A stretch of DNA of 64,000 nt, from positions 1 through 64,000 of the forward strand of contig JAVJSW010000030.1 of the NCBI GenBank assembly GCA_040219255.1. The letters run 5' to 3'. The notes under the pieces are model-generated. The model was not told the DNA's origin, ran no database searches, and saw only the letters and a list, made by a program, of their open reading frames with translations. Made by a program: the position numbers and the translations under genes. This DNA comes from Sumerlaeia bacterium. GTDB lineage: Bacteria > Sumerlaeota > Sumerlaeia > SLMS01 > JAHLLQ01. Each line of letters starts with the position of its first letter. The stretch's first letter is position 1. Positions 16,619 through 26,471 of the stretch are shown here, in pieces.

Positions 16619-17560
16619 CTACGCCGCGTCGCGCTCAGGCGGACGCAAGCCCGCCTGCTGGATTTCCGCGATCGATCGCGCCTCGGCGAAGATCGACTCC
16701 GGCACGTCTCTCAGGTCCCAAACGAGCCCCAGCCACGACAGGAATCGCAGCGTGTAGTGGGTCGGGTCGAATTCCCACCAGTAGAAGCCGTTGCGCACCG
16801 AACCCGGATATCGGTGGTGGTTGTTGTGCCAGCCCTCTCCCAGGGTAACGACCGCCAGCAGGAAGCTGTTGCGGCTGTCGTCGCCGGTCTTGAAGCGCTT
16901 CCTGCCCCACACGTGGGCCAGGGAGTTGATGCAGAACGTGCCGTGGTAGAGCAGCACCGTGCTGATGAAAAAGCCCCACACCATCATCTGCAGCGGCGTC
17001 ACCGGCCATCCCATCAAATACATCGCCAATCCCGCATAGGTCACCACCAGCAGCAAAACCACCGGCGGCACGATATAGTGCCGGTTGATCCAGCGCAATT
17101 CCGGGAACTTGGCCAAATCACGTACCGCGTTCAGGTTCGTCACACCGTTCTTGGGAACCATGATCCAGCCCATGTGGGAGATGAAGAATCCCTTCAGGCC
17201 AGGGGAATGGGGATCTTCCTCGGTGTCCGAATGGCGATGGTGGTGGCGGTGGTGGGCGGCCCACCACAGGGGACCCATCTGGCCCGAGGACGCCCCCAGC
17301 CACGCCAGAGCGAATTGAAACCACCGGCTCGTCTTGTATGTCCGATGCGAGAAATAGCGGTGGTAGGCGCCTGTGATCCCGAACATCCGAACGATGTAGA
17401 GGGCGATACAGGTTCCGAAGGCGATCCAACTGAAGCCGCTGACGAAGACCAGCAGGCAGGCCAGATGGACCGCCAGAAACGGCAGACTCGACTTCCACTC
17501 CACCTCCTCGGACAATCCGGACCCGTCCGTGGGCTGGAAGTACGCTCCGTGTTCGATCAT
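16619..17560 (-). CDS. Acyl-CoA/acyl-lipid delta-9 desaturase
   Basis: His boxes HRYFSH, HRHHH, HNNHH; GEGWHNNHH. Confidence 0.92.
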   Translation of the reverse strand: MIEHGAYFQPTDGSGLSEEVEWKSSLPFLAVHLACLLVFVSGFSWIAFGTCIALYIVRMFGITGAYHRYFSHRTYKTSRWFQFALAWLGASSGQMGPLWWAAHHRHHHRHSDTEEDPHSPGLKGFFISHMGWIMVPKNGVTNLNAVRDLAKFPELRWINRHYIVPPVVLLLVVTYAGLAMYLMGWPVTPLQMMVWGFFISTVLLYHGTFCINSLAHVWGRKRFKTGDDSRNSFLLAVVTLGEGWHNNHHRYPGSVRNGFYWWEFDPTHYTLRFLSWLGLVWDLRDVPESIFAEARSIAEIQQAGLRPPERDAA

Positions 17561-17681
17561 AAACGTTTCCTTGGCTGAATCGAGCCGTAAAGCCTTGGCA
17601 AAGCGCCAGAGGCGGGGGCTTCGCCAAACCCCTAGCACAATTCCGTCCGCTTCGATGGGAGCGGGCGATTAAAATGAGCAA

Positions 17682-17708
17682 CCGCCCCGAGACTCGATCT
17701 CGGGGCGG
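17682..17708 (-). terminator. Hairpin downstream of amt
   Basis: CCGCCCCGAGA-CTCGA-TCTCGGGGCGG, 11-bp stem. Confidence 0.55.
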
Positions 17709-17754
17709 CTACGGGGTCGCTTCCGGGTTGGGCGGAAAGTTGGGAGAGCGGGGC

Positions 17755-19182
17755 TTAGGTCGCGGGCAATTCGCTCGCGGCGGGGGCGGGCTTGGCAGCA
17801 ATCGAGGCCGCGGGCGCCGGGTAGGAACCTTGTCCATAGGGCGAGCCCACGCCGTAGCCGCTGGCGGGGTAGGCTTCGTTGCCGTGCTCGATCACGTCGA
17901 GCCCGGCCACTTCTTCTTCTTCCGAGACGCGCAGCAGGCCGAGCTTCTTGAGCACGAAGAAGAAAACGAACATGATCGGGAAGACGAAGGCGAAAGCCGC
18001 CGCGACACCGATGGCTTGGGTCAGGAGACTCGCCGAGGCGGGGGCGAAGATACCGACCGCCAGCGTGCCCCAGGCACCGCAGACACCGTGCACCGAAATG
18101 GCGCCGACCGGGTCGTCGATCTTGAGGATGTGCTCGAAGCCCATGATGGCCAGCACCACCACGACGCCCGCGACAAGGCCGATCACGATAGCCGCCCACA
18201 GCGGCACAGCGTCGCAACCGGCTGTTATGCCGACGAGACCTGCGAGAGCGCCGTTCAGGGTCAGGCCCGTGTCCGGCTTCTTGAAGATCACCCAAGTGGT
18301 AGCCATCGAGGCGACCACACCGGCGCAAGCGGCCAGGGTCGTGGTGGCGGCGATATAGCCGATGGCCCCGCTGGCGCCGTCGGTGGTGGAACCGGCGTTG
18401 AAGCCGTACCAGCCGAACCACAGGATGAACGTACCCAGGGCGGCGAGAGGCATGCTGTGGCCGGGGATGGCGAGCGGCTTGCCGTCTTTCGTGAACTTGC
18501 CAAGGCGGGGTCCGAGGACCAGCGCGCCGGCGAGACCGGCCCAGGCGCCGACGCTGTGCACGACGGTGGAGCCGGCGAAGTCGTAGAAGCCGAGGCCTTC
18601 GAGCCAGCCGCTGCCCGCGTTATAGAGGCTGCCCCAGGCCCAGTGGCCGAAAATCGGGTAAATCAGCGCCGTCAGAAAGCACGTGTAGATCAAGTAGCCG
18701 ACGAATTTCGTGCGTTCCGCCATGGCGCCGGAAACGATGGTGGCGGCGGTGGCCGCGAAGACTGTCTGGAAGAACCAGAAGGTGTAGAGCCAGGCGGTGC
18801 CGCCATCGGCCATGCCCTCTTCGCCGGTGGTCAAATCCAGGCCGAAGAGCGTGGTTCCGAAGAAGCCACCTTTGGTCGCGCCAAACATGAGGCCGAAGCC
18901 GATGAAGAAGAACAGAAGCGAACCGAAACTGAAGTCCAGCACGTTCTTCATGATGATGTTACAGACGTTCTTGGCGCGCGTGAAGCCCGCCTCGACCATG
19001 GCGAAACCCGCCTGCATCAGCATAACCAATGCGCCTGCGATGAGAGTCCAGAGCAGGACGAAGGCGAAGCCGTAATCCGGGCCCGCCTCCGATCCATCCT
19101 GGGCCAGAGCGGCACTGCTCAGCAGTGCCAGGGCTGGTACCAGCCGAAGAGAACGAGAGAGATACTTGGTCACCTGTGACAC
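17755..19182 (-). CDS. amt: Ammonium transporter
   Basis: MQAGFAMVEAG, DFAGSTVVH, WFGWYGFN, DDPVGAISVHG; both pore His residues present. Confidence 0.96.
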   Translation of the reverse strand: MSQVTKYLSRSLRLVPALALLSSAALAQDGSEAGPDYGFAFVLLWTLIAGALVMLMQAGFAMVEAGFTRAKNVCNIIMKNVLDFSFGSLLFFFIGFGLMFGATKGGFFGTTLFGLDLTTGEEGMADGGTAWLYTFWFFQTVFAATAATIVSGAMAERTKFVGYLIYTCFLTALIYPIFGHWAWGSLYNAGSGWLEGLGFYDFAGSTVVHSVGAWAGLAGALVLGPRLGKFTKDGKPLAIPGHSMPLAALGTFILWFGWYGFNAGSTTDGASGAIGYIAATTTLAACAGVVASMATTWVIFKKPDTGLTLNGALAGLVGITAGCDAVPLWAAIVIGLVAGVVVVLAIMGFEHILKIDDPVGAISVHGVCGAWGTLAVGIFAPASASLLTQAIGVAAAFAFVFPIMFVFFFVLKKLGLLRVSEEEEVAGLDVIEHGNEAYPASGYGVGSPYGQGSYPAPAASIAAKPAPAASELPAT

Positions 19183-19317
19183 CTCGCTTATGAGGAAATT
19201 GCAAGGCGAGGTGTATTCTGTAATTTTCTTCGATGCAACCTCGTGATTTTTTTGGAGCGATTGAATGACACGGACGACAAACCGGTCTTATGACATTGCA
19301 AGCGTCACTTGTAACGC

Positions 19318-20049
19318 CTATCGCATCTGTCGCCGGCGCCAGTCGTCCTTGGGAAAGGGCACGAATTCATCGCACATTTCCATAAATCGCGACATCGTTC
19401 GCGGTCCCACGCGGGCGTCCAAGTCCTTGAAATCCAGGTTCGTGGTGATGATCAGCGCCTTGCCGTTCTCGTATCGCCGGTTGACGATTAGGTACAGCCG
19501 GTCGCGGACCCAGTCGGTCGTCGATTCCGCCCCGATGTCGTCGAGCACCAGCAGGTCCGCCTGCTCGACATCTTCGAGGATTCGCCAGCCTTCGTTCGAA
19601 TTCTTCTCGTTGAAGGAGCCCCGCAAATCGTCGAGCAGATCGCTGAAATTGTAGTAAATTCCCGAGTAACCGCGGCGGATCACCTCGCGCAGGATCGCCA
19701 CGGCGATGTGGGTCTTGCCCGAACCGACCGAGCCATGCAGCCGCAGTCCCTTGTCCGTCTCCGGACTCGTCGGGTCGAAGGTCGTGGCGAAGCTCATGGC
19801 CGTGTTGCGGATTTGGCGCCGCGCGCTGTCGCCCCGAGCGACTTCAAAGGTCTCGAAGGACTTCTCGGCGAACCGGGCCGGGATGCGGGCCAGCGCCAGC
19901 CGCCGGCGCAGCAAATCCTCTTCGAAGGCGCCGCAAACGCATCGCTTGGCGTCCAGAGAGCCCGGCACGTACAACACCCCCGTGCCTCCGCATTCCGGAC
20001 AGAGTTCCGGCTTGCCGGTCGATTTCTTCTGGGCGGACGTCCTGGCCAT
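19318..20049 (-). CDS. DnaC/DnaI/IstB-like AAA+ ATPase (helicase-loader type)
   Basis: CPECGGTG..CVC zinc motif, Walker A GSVGSGKT, Walker B LLVLDDIG, IITTN, SR arginine finger. Confidence 0.85.
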   Translation of the reverse strand: MARTSAQKKSTGKPELCPECGGTGVLYVPGSLDAKRCVCGAFEEDLLRRRLALARIPARFAEKSFETFEVARGDSARRQIRNTAMSFATTFDPTSPETDKGLRLHGSVGSGKTHIAVAILREVIRRGYSGIYYNFSDLLDDLRGSFNEKNSNEGWRILEDVEQADLLVLDDIGAESTTDWVRDRLYLIVNRRYENGKALIITTNLDFKDLDARVGPRTMSRFMEMCDEFVPFPKDDWRRRQMR

Positions 20050-20254
20050 GGTCGGGGAAACCTCCTCAATACGCTGGGGTCAGAAGGTGTATCCACCCCC
20101 GCCCGGGATGTACAGAGAGAGTTTTTTCATTCCCGCAACTCCCCCGTTCCCAGGCCTCCCTTGACCTGAATCGCTCTGCCGGTGCCAATGTTCCGCGCCG
20201 CCGCCTCGCCGTGGCCGCCCTATTCATCTCGCGGGTGCCTCCCGGATTTGCTCC

Positions 20255-21166
20255 ATGCCTGACTCGTCGCCTGCCCCCAACCCCCTTCGCCAGTGGACCC
20301 GCCGCGTGCTCGTAATGCTTCTCGCCATCGTTATCGGTTTCGCCGTGCTCTATGGCGCCGCGCTCTACTTTCTCCAGCGCCAGCTTTCCTTCCCCTCGCC
20401 GGGGCCCTATCAGGTCATCGAATTGGCCGGCTATCCCACGGCCCAGCGCATCGATTACGACACGCCCGACGGCCGGCAGGCCGCCTTTTATCTGCCCCCG
20501 GCCAACGGCGGGGGAGAGGACGGCGTGCCGGAAACGCTCTGGGTCGCCTTCAACGGCAATGCCTCGCTGGCGCTTTGGTGGGTGGATGTGATCGAGGACG
20601 CCCCGAACGACAACGCGGCCTGGCTGCTGGTGGACTATCCGGGCTATGGCTTCAGCGAAGGCGGCCCTTCGCGGGAGGGTGTCATCCGCAACGGCCGCGA
20701 AGCCTACGTGGCCCTCGCACGGCACCTCGGCGCTGAGCCCGAAGCCCTGGAAAAAGACCTCAATGTCCTCGGTTACAGCATGGGCTCCGCCGCCGCGCTC
20801 GAATTCGCCACGCGCCACAATGTCCAAAGCGTCCTCCTGATGGCGCCCTACACCAGCCTGATGGATATGGCCAAGACGACCGTCGTGCCCCCTTATCACC
20901 TGCTGCTGCGCGATCGCTTCGACAACCGCGCCCGACTGGCCGAACTCGCCCAGCAAGACCCCGCGCCCGCCGTCACCATCATCCATGGCACCGCCGACAA
21001 CATCATTCCTGTCGCCATGGGCGAGGAGCTGGCCGGGTCTTATCCGTCGGACCGCATGACCTTCATCCCCATCGAGAACGTCGATCACAACTTCCTCGCC
21101 GAGGCCGCCAAGCCTCACATCCACGACGCCGTCAGCACCGCCAGCAAGCGCTACCGCCAGCCATGA
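20255..21166 (+). CDS. Membrane-anchored alpha/beta hydrolase
   Basis: N-terminal TM; DYPGYG, GYSMG nucleophile elbow, HGTAD, HN. Confidence 0.88.
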   Translation: MPDSSPAPNPLRQWTRRVLVMLLAIVIGFAVLYGAALYFLQRQLSFPSPGPYQVIELAGYPTAQRIDYDTPDGRQAAFYLPPANGGGEDGVPETLWVAFNGNASLALWWVDVIEDAPNDNAAWLLVDYPGYGFSEGGPSREGVIRNGREAYVALARHLGAEPEALEKDLNVLGYSMGSAAALEFATRHNVQSVLLMAPYTSLMDMAKTTVVPPYHLLLRDRFDNRARLAELAQQDPAPAVTIIHGTADNIIPVAMGEELAGSYPSDRMTFIPIENVDHNFLAEAAKPHIHDAVSTASKRYRQP

Positions 21167-21876
21167 CGGATCGCGCCGCGCACCTACTCTTTCCCCGGTG
21201 GATCGAGGCCAGCGGCCTGCCGCAGCAGATGGCGGAAGAAACGAAGAATCCCCACGCCTATTGGCTGTTCCGCAAGCTGATCGAACTCGACATCGACCAC
21301 AATCGCCGGGCGCCTGGAGTGGTGGAGATTTCGCCGAAAGGCCTTGGGGGCCTGACCGGCCTCCACGCGGGCCAAGTGGACAAGGCGGTCAAGAAACTCC
21401 GCGGCACGAAATCGCGCAGGGGCTGGGTACGCTGTTTCCTGCCGGACCACGAGGAAGAACCGGGCCTCTTTCAGATCGTCACCCCCCTGGAAACCCCGAC
21501 ACCCTGGGAGGTCGTCCGCGAATGCGACGCCTTGCTGAGGGACTTGCCCGATTCGGCGTTCCGCTATGCCACGCCCACGCCCGAGGAGGCGGCGGGCGAG
21601 GAGGACGGCTGCGAAGCCTGCGAAGGCGGCGCGCGCTCCGATCCAAAGATTCGCGCGGTGGTCGATTTGTACTTCGATAATGTGTCGATGAAAATGAATT
21701 CCTTTATCCTCGATGAGTTGCGCCTCATCGCGATGCGCTACGACCCGAAACTGATCGAGGCGGTTTTCCAGCGGGCGCGGAAAAAAGAGATTCAGAACCT
21801 TGGCTGGATCCTGAAGGAAATCCGCCGGGAGAAGGGCGCCGGCAAGGACGACAAGCAGCCGGGGGGAGTGGGGTAG
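21163..21876 (+). CDS. DnaD-like replication protein (winged helix plus DnaD C-terminal domain)
   Basis: N-terminal HTH (LGGLTGL..GQVDKAVKKL); C-terminal VVDLYFDNV...LIEAVFQRA...NLGWILKEI resembles DnaD/DnaB_2. Confidence 0.6.
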   Translation: MTDRAAHLLFPRWIEASGLPQQMAEETKNPHAYWLFRKLIELDIDHNRRAPGVVEISPKGLGGLTGLHAGQVDKAVKKLRGTKSRRGWVRCFLPDHEEEPGLFQIVTPLETPTPWEVVRECDALLRDLPDSAFRYATPTPEEAAGEEDGCEACEGGARSDPKIRAVVDLYFDNVSMKMNSFILDELRLIAMRYDPKLIEAVFQRARKKEIQNLGWILKEIRREKGAGKDDKQPGGVG

Positions 21877-21891
21877 GATGGACTTTTTTTT

Positions 21892-22007
21892 GCCGCCGAT
21901 AAATGGGATGGATGCAGATATTTTTTCATAGCCTAAGCTTATCAATGATTCATTTCTGTCTGTGGCAAAAAGTTCCTGAATCCTATTTATCCTATTCATC
22001 CGCGGCC
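21892..22007. repeat. Cluster of periodic GAT repeats in both orientations in an AT-rich spacer
   Basis: Plus 21892-21919 GCCGCCGATAAATGGGATGGATGCAGAT; minus 21980-22007 GGCCGCGGATGAATAGGATAAATAGGAT. Confidence 0.55.
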
Positions 22008-22105
22008 AAATAAAAATCCCCCGCACCCGTTGCCCCTTGCCCCTCGGCCGTGTCCCGCCTCATGGTCGTTGCACAAATCCTGGCCCAGAAGGGAACCCCA
22101 TCGCC

Positions 22106-23191
22106 ATGTCCAAGCCGATCGTCATCATCGGAGGCGGCATCGCCGGAATCGCGGCCGCTTCGGAACTTCGCCGCGCCGGAGCCGAGCCGCTTCTGCTGGA
22201 AGCGGAGCGGACCCTTGGCGGGCGCTTGACCTCGCTCTCCGGCGATGGCTGGCGCGCCGATGTGACTGCACCGTACTTCAGCCAGACCGACACCGCACTC
22301 TGGAGCCTGGTCCGCGAATCCGGCCTCATGGTCGAGGCCAACGTCCTCGGCGATATCCTCAAGCGCATCGCCCCGGACAACCGCCTCGCTTCCCATAACA
22401 AACCCTTCGACAGCCGCCGCGTGGCCTTGCGCTCGGGCTGGAGCAGTTTTTTTCACTGGTGGACCCGCTACCTTCGCATTCGCTACGGCGCGCGTATCGA
22501 CGCCGTCCGGTGGGACAAGGAGGAGAACGCCTTCCTCCTGCGCGACGCGGTGACGAAGAAGCCTTACCAGGGCCCGGACCGGCGGGACCTTCACGCCAAA
22601 GCCGTCCTCCTCGCCGTGCCCGGCCCCCAGGCTGCCGCCATCGCCGCCAACAGCGCCGTCCTCGAACCCGTCCGAGCGCCCCTCGCGCAGGCCGTTGGCT
22701 ATGCCCCGCGTGTGGTCGGCGTGTTCCTGTGCGATGCGGTCGATCCGGGCTTCTATGGCGCCGAGGGTGAAGAAGGCGCCAACCTGGAATGGCTGGCCTT
22801 TGAGGAGCGCAAGGGCGGCATCGGCCAGGCCCCCGCGGGCAGTTCGCTCGTCGTGGCGCGGGCCTCCCGGGCATTGAGCGAACGCCTCTTCGGAGCGAGC
22901 GAAGACGAAGTTCTCGCCCGCCTCTGGTCCGAATGCCGCGCTCTCGTCCCCGCCCTGCCCGAGAAGCGCCAGGAAGCGCACGCCCTGCGTTGGAAAGCCG
23001 CCTATCCCCGCAAAGAGGCCCTGATCCAGATCGGCGCCAGCGGCCTGCCCACCCGCCCGGAAGGCGCCGCCATCGACATCGCCGGAGACTACGCCGGCGG
23101 AGGCTCCGACGCCGGAGCCGCCCAGTCCGGTCTGGAAGCCGCGCAGCGGCTCATCGGCCGCCTCAAGGCCCAGGGCGAATCCTTCCGTTGA
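22106..23191 (+). CDS. Renalase-like NAD(P)/FAD-dependent oxidoreductase
   Basis: IIGGGIAG, LEA..LGGRLTS, RWKAAYP, AGDY...AAQSG. Confidence 0.8.
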   Translation: MSKPIVIIGGGIAGIAAASELRRAGAEPLLLEAERTLGGRLTSLSGDGWRADVTAPYFSQTDTALWSLVRESGLMVEANVLGDILKRIAPDNRLASHNKPFDSRRVALRSGWSSFFHWWTRYLRIRYGARIDAVRWDKEENAFLLRDAVTKKPYQGPDRRDLHAKAVLLAVPGPQAAAIAANSAVLEPVRAPLAQAVGYAPRVVGVFLCDAVDPGFYGAEGEEGANLEWLAFEERKGGIGQAPAGSSLVVARASRALSERLFGASEDEVLARLWSECRALVPALPEKRQEAHALRWKAAYPRKEALIQIGASGLPTRPEGAAIDIAGDYAGGGSDAGAAQSGLEAAQRLIGRLKAQGESFR

Positions 23192-23213
23192 TTCGTGCCG
23201 CAAGCACGAATCA
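23189..23213 (+). terminator. Hairpin at the end of the oxidoreductase gene
   Basis: TGATTCGTGC-CGCAA-GCACGAATCA, 10-bp stem, no U-tract. Confidence 0.4.
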
Positions 23214-23383
23214 CGAACGGCATGGGCTGCATGGCCTGAAGCCTCGCAATGCCCCAGAACCCGGCCTCGTGTCTCGGCGGGGAAGCCGGAGCCATGCCAT
23301 CGCCCCGCCGCCTCACATCCCGCCCCCCGGCACCGAATCGCGCGCAGCGCGCAACCCCGAACGAACACAAGGACCATTGAACC

Positions 23384-24082
23384 ATGCCGTTGGCAGCCTC
23401 CGAACTCCTCGACCCCATGCCCGAGACGAAATCCTATTTCGTGCGGCGGCTGAAGAGGTGCAAGATCGACATCGAATCCTTCGCCACGCCCCTTTCCGTG
23501 TGTACGATGGAAGGCTGCCAAGGCATGTGCTGCTATGACGGAGTCTGCCTGGACGAGGACGAGGAGCGCTATATCGCGGCGGTGGTGCGCGCCCACCCGA
23601 AGCACTTCGAGGAGGTGGGGGTAACCCCGGAGAATGCCTTCGAGGACGCCCTGTTCCTGGACGTGGAAACGCGCAAGACGGCAACCAAGCCATGCACCTA
23701 CAAGAAGCGCGTCGGCTTTCCCGAGCACTTCGAGAAAGCCTCCTGCGTTTTTCGCCACAAGGACGGCCGGTGCAGCCTGCAAGGCCTCGCCATGGAGCAC
23801 GGCGAGCATCCCTGGGCCTACAAGCCGATGTCGTGCTGGCTGCATCCCATCAGCCTCGAGCGCGACGGGCGCACGATCATTTGGTTGCCCCGAATCGAGA
23901 CGGATCACTTGCGCGAGGAGGGGTATCCGGGCTATGCTCCCTATACCCATTGCGGCCGCGAATGCGCGGGCGGCGTGCCCGCCTACAAAGCGCTTAAGGA
24001 CGAACTCAAGACCCTGGGCGCCATCGTCGGCCGCGACGTCTACGGCGAAATCAAAGCGGCCGTGAAGGCGATGAAGAGCTGA
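23384..24082 (+). CDS. Cys-rich DUF3109-like putative Fe-S/Zn protein
   Basis: C....C.G.CC..G, CVF....GRCSL, KPMSCWLHPI. Confidence 0.7.
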   Translation: MPLAASELLDPMPETKSYFVRRLKRCKIDIESFATPLSVCTMEGCQGMCCYDGVCLDEDEERYIAAVVRAHPKHFEEVGVTPENAFEDALFLDVETRKTATKPCTYKKRVGFPEHFEKASCVFRHKDGRCSLQGLAMEHGEHPWAYKPMSCWLHPISLERDGRTIIWLPRIETDHLREEGYPGYAPYTHCGRECAGGVPAYKALKDELKTLGAIVGRDVYGEIKAAVKAMKS

Positions 24083-24092
24083 CGAAAGGTGC

Positions 24093-24689
24093 GTGATCAT
24101 GAACGTGCCAGGCGAGCCCTCCCAAAAGCGCAATAAGAAGAAGAGAGAGTCCTCGGTTCGCGGATGTCTCGCCTCGCTGCAGCTTGTCGTCCCCCTGGTG
24201 GTCGTTGTGGTGGTTATTATCCGCTGCAGCCGCACCAAAGAGTCCGAACTGCTCGCCCGCGCCGAAGCTCTCAACCGGCCCGCGGCCTTCACCTGCCAGA
24301 CGATTCCCATTCCGCCCGGCGCCGTCCGGGTCGATTGCGCCGAAATGGTTTCCGGCTCCGAGTCCTACAATCTGGTGGTGGTGCATCCCGCAACGGTTGC
24401 GGAACTGATCGCTTTTTACGAGAACGCCCTCTCGCGCGAGGCGGCGCTGGTGCTGCGAGCTCCCGCCGTGGACTTCGCCGCTGGGCCCTCGGGCAAGGAA
24501 ACCCGGGTCGCGATGAGGGGGGAATTCCAGTTGGCGCTTTCCGCCGTGGCCAACGCCCGCGAACCCGGCTCGACAATCACTCTCGCCTGGTACAATCGCT
24601 CGCCGAATTTCCGTTCCGACTTCGGCCCGGGCCAGCAGCAGACCCTCCAGGAAACCTTCCAATCCATGAAGAAGGTCCCGACCCATTAG
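24093..24689 (+). CDS. Hypothetical single-TM protein
   Basis: Basic N-terminus followed by LVVPLVVVVVVII; operon position. Confidence 0.6.
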   Translation: MIMNVPGEPSQKRNKKKRESSVRGCLASLQLVVPLVVVVVVIIRCSRTKESELLARAEALNRPAAFTCQTIPIPPGAVRVDCAEMVSGSESYNLVVVHPATVAELIAFYENALSREAALVLRAPAVDFAAGPSGKETRVAMRGEFQLALSAVANAREPGSTITLAWYNRSPNFRSDFGPGQQQTLQETFQSMKKVPTH

Positions 24690-25599
24690 TCCCCCGCCTC
24701 TCGTCGCTGGTCTCGGCAATGCTATCTGGGACACATTCCTCGTGGTGGAAAACTATCCGGAGGAGGACACGCGGTCGCGGGTCGAGGAACTGCATACCTG
24801 CGGCGGAGGAGAGACGGCGACGGCGATGCGGGCCTTGGCGCGATGGGGCGTGGCCAGCCGCCTGATCGGCCGCGTCGGACAGGACGACGCCGGGCGCCAC
24901 ATCCGCGAAGCGCTCGGCGCCGACGGCGTGGATATTTCGCGCCTCGATACGGTACCCGGCGCGCCCACGCGCCAGAGCTTCATCGTGGTGAACCGCGCCA
25001 CGGGGATGCGCACGGTGTTCTCGACCACTCCGGCGACGGTGGCAATGCGGGCCGGGGAGGTGGACGGCACGATGCTCGACGGCGTGAGCCTGCTGCACCT
25101 CGATGGCTCCCATGGCCCGGCGGCTCTCGAACTCGCTCGAGAGGCTCATCGCCGCGGCATTCCCCTCATGCTCGACGCCAGCCGTACGCCTCCGCAAATC
25201 GAGGAACTGATGGCGCTGGCCGACTACCTGGTGGCGGATGCGGCGTTCGCCTTGGCTTTCACCGGGCTGGAGGGCGCCGAGGGCGTTCGGGCTCTTCACC
25301 GGGAACGGCCCCGGACACTGACCGCCGCAACCTTTGGCCTGGCTGGCTGCCACGCCGTGCTCGCCGATGGCACAACCCTGCATCAGCCCGCCTTCTCCAT
25401 CTCGCCGGCAGTGGACACGACGGGAGCGGGCGACTTGTTTCACGCGGCGGTGGATTTTGGAATCGTCCGCGGTTGGCCGATCGGGCGGACATTGCGCTGG
25501 GCGTCGGCGGCGGGGGCCTTGGCTTGCCGGGCTCTGGGCTCCCAAGGCGGCATCCCCAGCGCGGCGGAGGTCGATGCGCTGGGGGGCGGGGCGGAGTAG
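24685..25599 (+). CDS. PfkB-family carbohydrate kinase (probable ATT start)
   Basis: VAGLGNAIWD N-terminal motif, GGGETA, GRVGQD, VDTTGAGD. Confidence 0.85.
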   Translation: MSPPPLVAGLGNAIWDTFLVVENYPEEDTRSRVEELHTCGGGETATAMRALARWGVASRLIGRVGQDDAGRHIREALGADGVDISRLDTVPGAPTRQSFIVVNRATGMRTVFSTTPATVAMRAGEVDGTMLDGVSLLHLDGSHGPAALELAREAHRRGIPLMLDASRTPPQIEELMALADYLVADAAFALAFTGLEGAEGVRALHRERPRTLTAATFGLAGCHAVLADGTTLHQPAFSISPAVDTTGAGDLFHAAVDFGIVRGWPIGRTLRWASAAGALACRALGSQGGIPSAAEVDALGGGAE

Positions 25600-25610
25600 A
25601 AGCCGGTCCC

Positions 25611-26216
25611 TTACTCCTTCGCCTCTTCCAAGGCTTCGGCGATGTCTTCCTGCTCCGGATCGAGTTCCAGGCTTCGCTCCCAGCACTCGATGGCGGCGTC
25701 CACGTTGTCAGCGACCATGAAAAGGGCGCCCTGGCCGTTGAGGGAGGGCACGTGCTCTTCGTCAATGGCCAGGGCGGCGTCGAATGCGTTCATCGCCTCC
25801 TCGTAGAGGGCCACGAGGTCCGCGTCGTCTTCCCAGGAGCCATGGCCTTCGTTGTCGTCCATGCCTTCGGTGAAGAGCATGAGGGCGGCCTGGCCGAGAT
25901 TGTAGAGGATGACGGGTTCGTCGGAGTAGCGTTCGGCGAGGTCCTGGAAGTGCTCCATGGCTTCGGCGTAGTCGCTGCTCTCGATCAGGCTCTCACCCTC
26001 CTCGATGAGGGTGGTGAGGTCATCCTCCTCGTCCTCGGCGGCCTCTTCTTCGTCGTCGAGGAGCGAAAACTCGCCGGCGTCTTCGTCGGCTTCTTCATCG
26101 AGAGCGACAAACCCTTCCGAGTCCCCGTCGCCGCCGTCGTCTTCCAATTCCTCTTCCGGTTCTCCGTACCAGAGGCCGTCGTCCGCGGAATCGGCATTCC
26201 ATTGTGAGCGGGTCAT
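25611..26216 (-). CDS. Acidic TPR protein
   Basis: D/E-rich N-terminus; YNLG and AIECWERSLELDP TPR motifs. Confidence 0.8.
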   Translation of the reverse strand: MTRSQWNADSADDGLWYGEPEEELEDDGGDGDSEGFVALDEEADEDAGEFSLLDDEEEAAEDEEDDLTTLIEEGESLIESSDYAEAMEHFQDLAERYSDEPVILYNLGQAALMLFTEGMDDNEGHGSWEDDADLVALYEEAMNAFDAALAIDEEHVPSLNGQGALFMVADNVDAAIECWERSLELDPEQEDIAEALEEAKE

Positions 26217-26471
26217 GTTCTTGTGAACTCCTTAGTCAACTGTGTGTGCGCGCGCGTGGCGGGGTGGGTTGGGGGGGTGGATGCCGAAGCTATGGTCCGG
26301 AGCCGGGGGGATTTCCACAGCCATCGAGTCCGACCGCTATATGCCCCCCGGGGCTGATGCAAGGACAAAAGGAACGGTGACGAAGAGTTTTTCGCCGGTT
26401 CTCATTTGGCCTTTGCCGCTGGGGCCCTCCGGGTTACCTTTGGCCCTCTAACCTCCGGAGGAATTCGTTCC

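Noticed and set aside
19318-20049. IS21 element (IstB-like ATPase)
   Set aside because: No IstA transposase or terminal repeats nearby; the N-terminal zinc motif fits DnaC/DnaI-type loaders.
21992-24310. 772-aa minus-strand ORF and similar long antisense ORFs (7024-8565, 41113-42888, 46114-47991, 58765-60684)
   Set aside because: Shadow frames of well-supported genes, expected in high-GC DNA.
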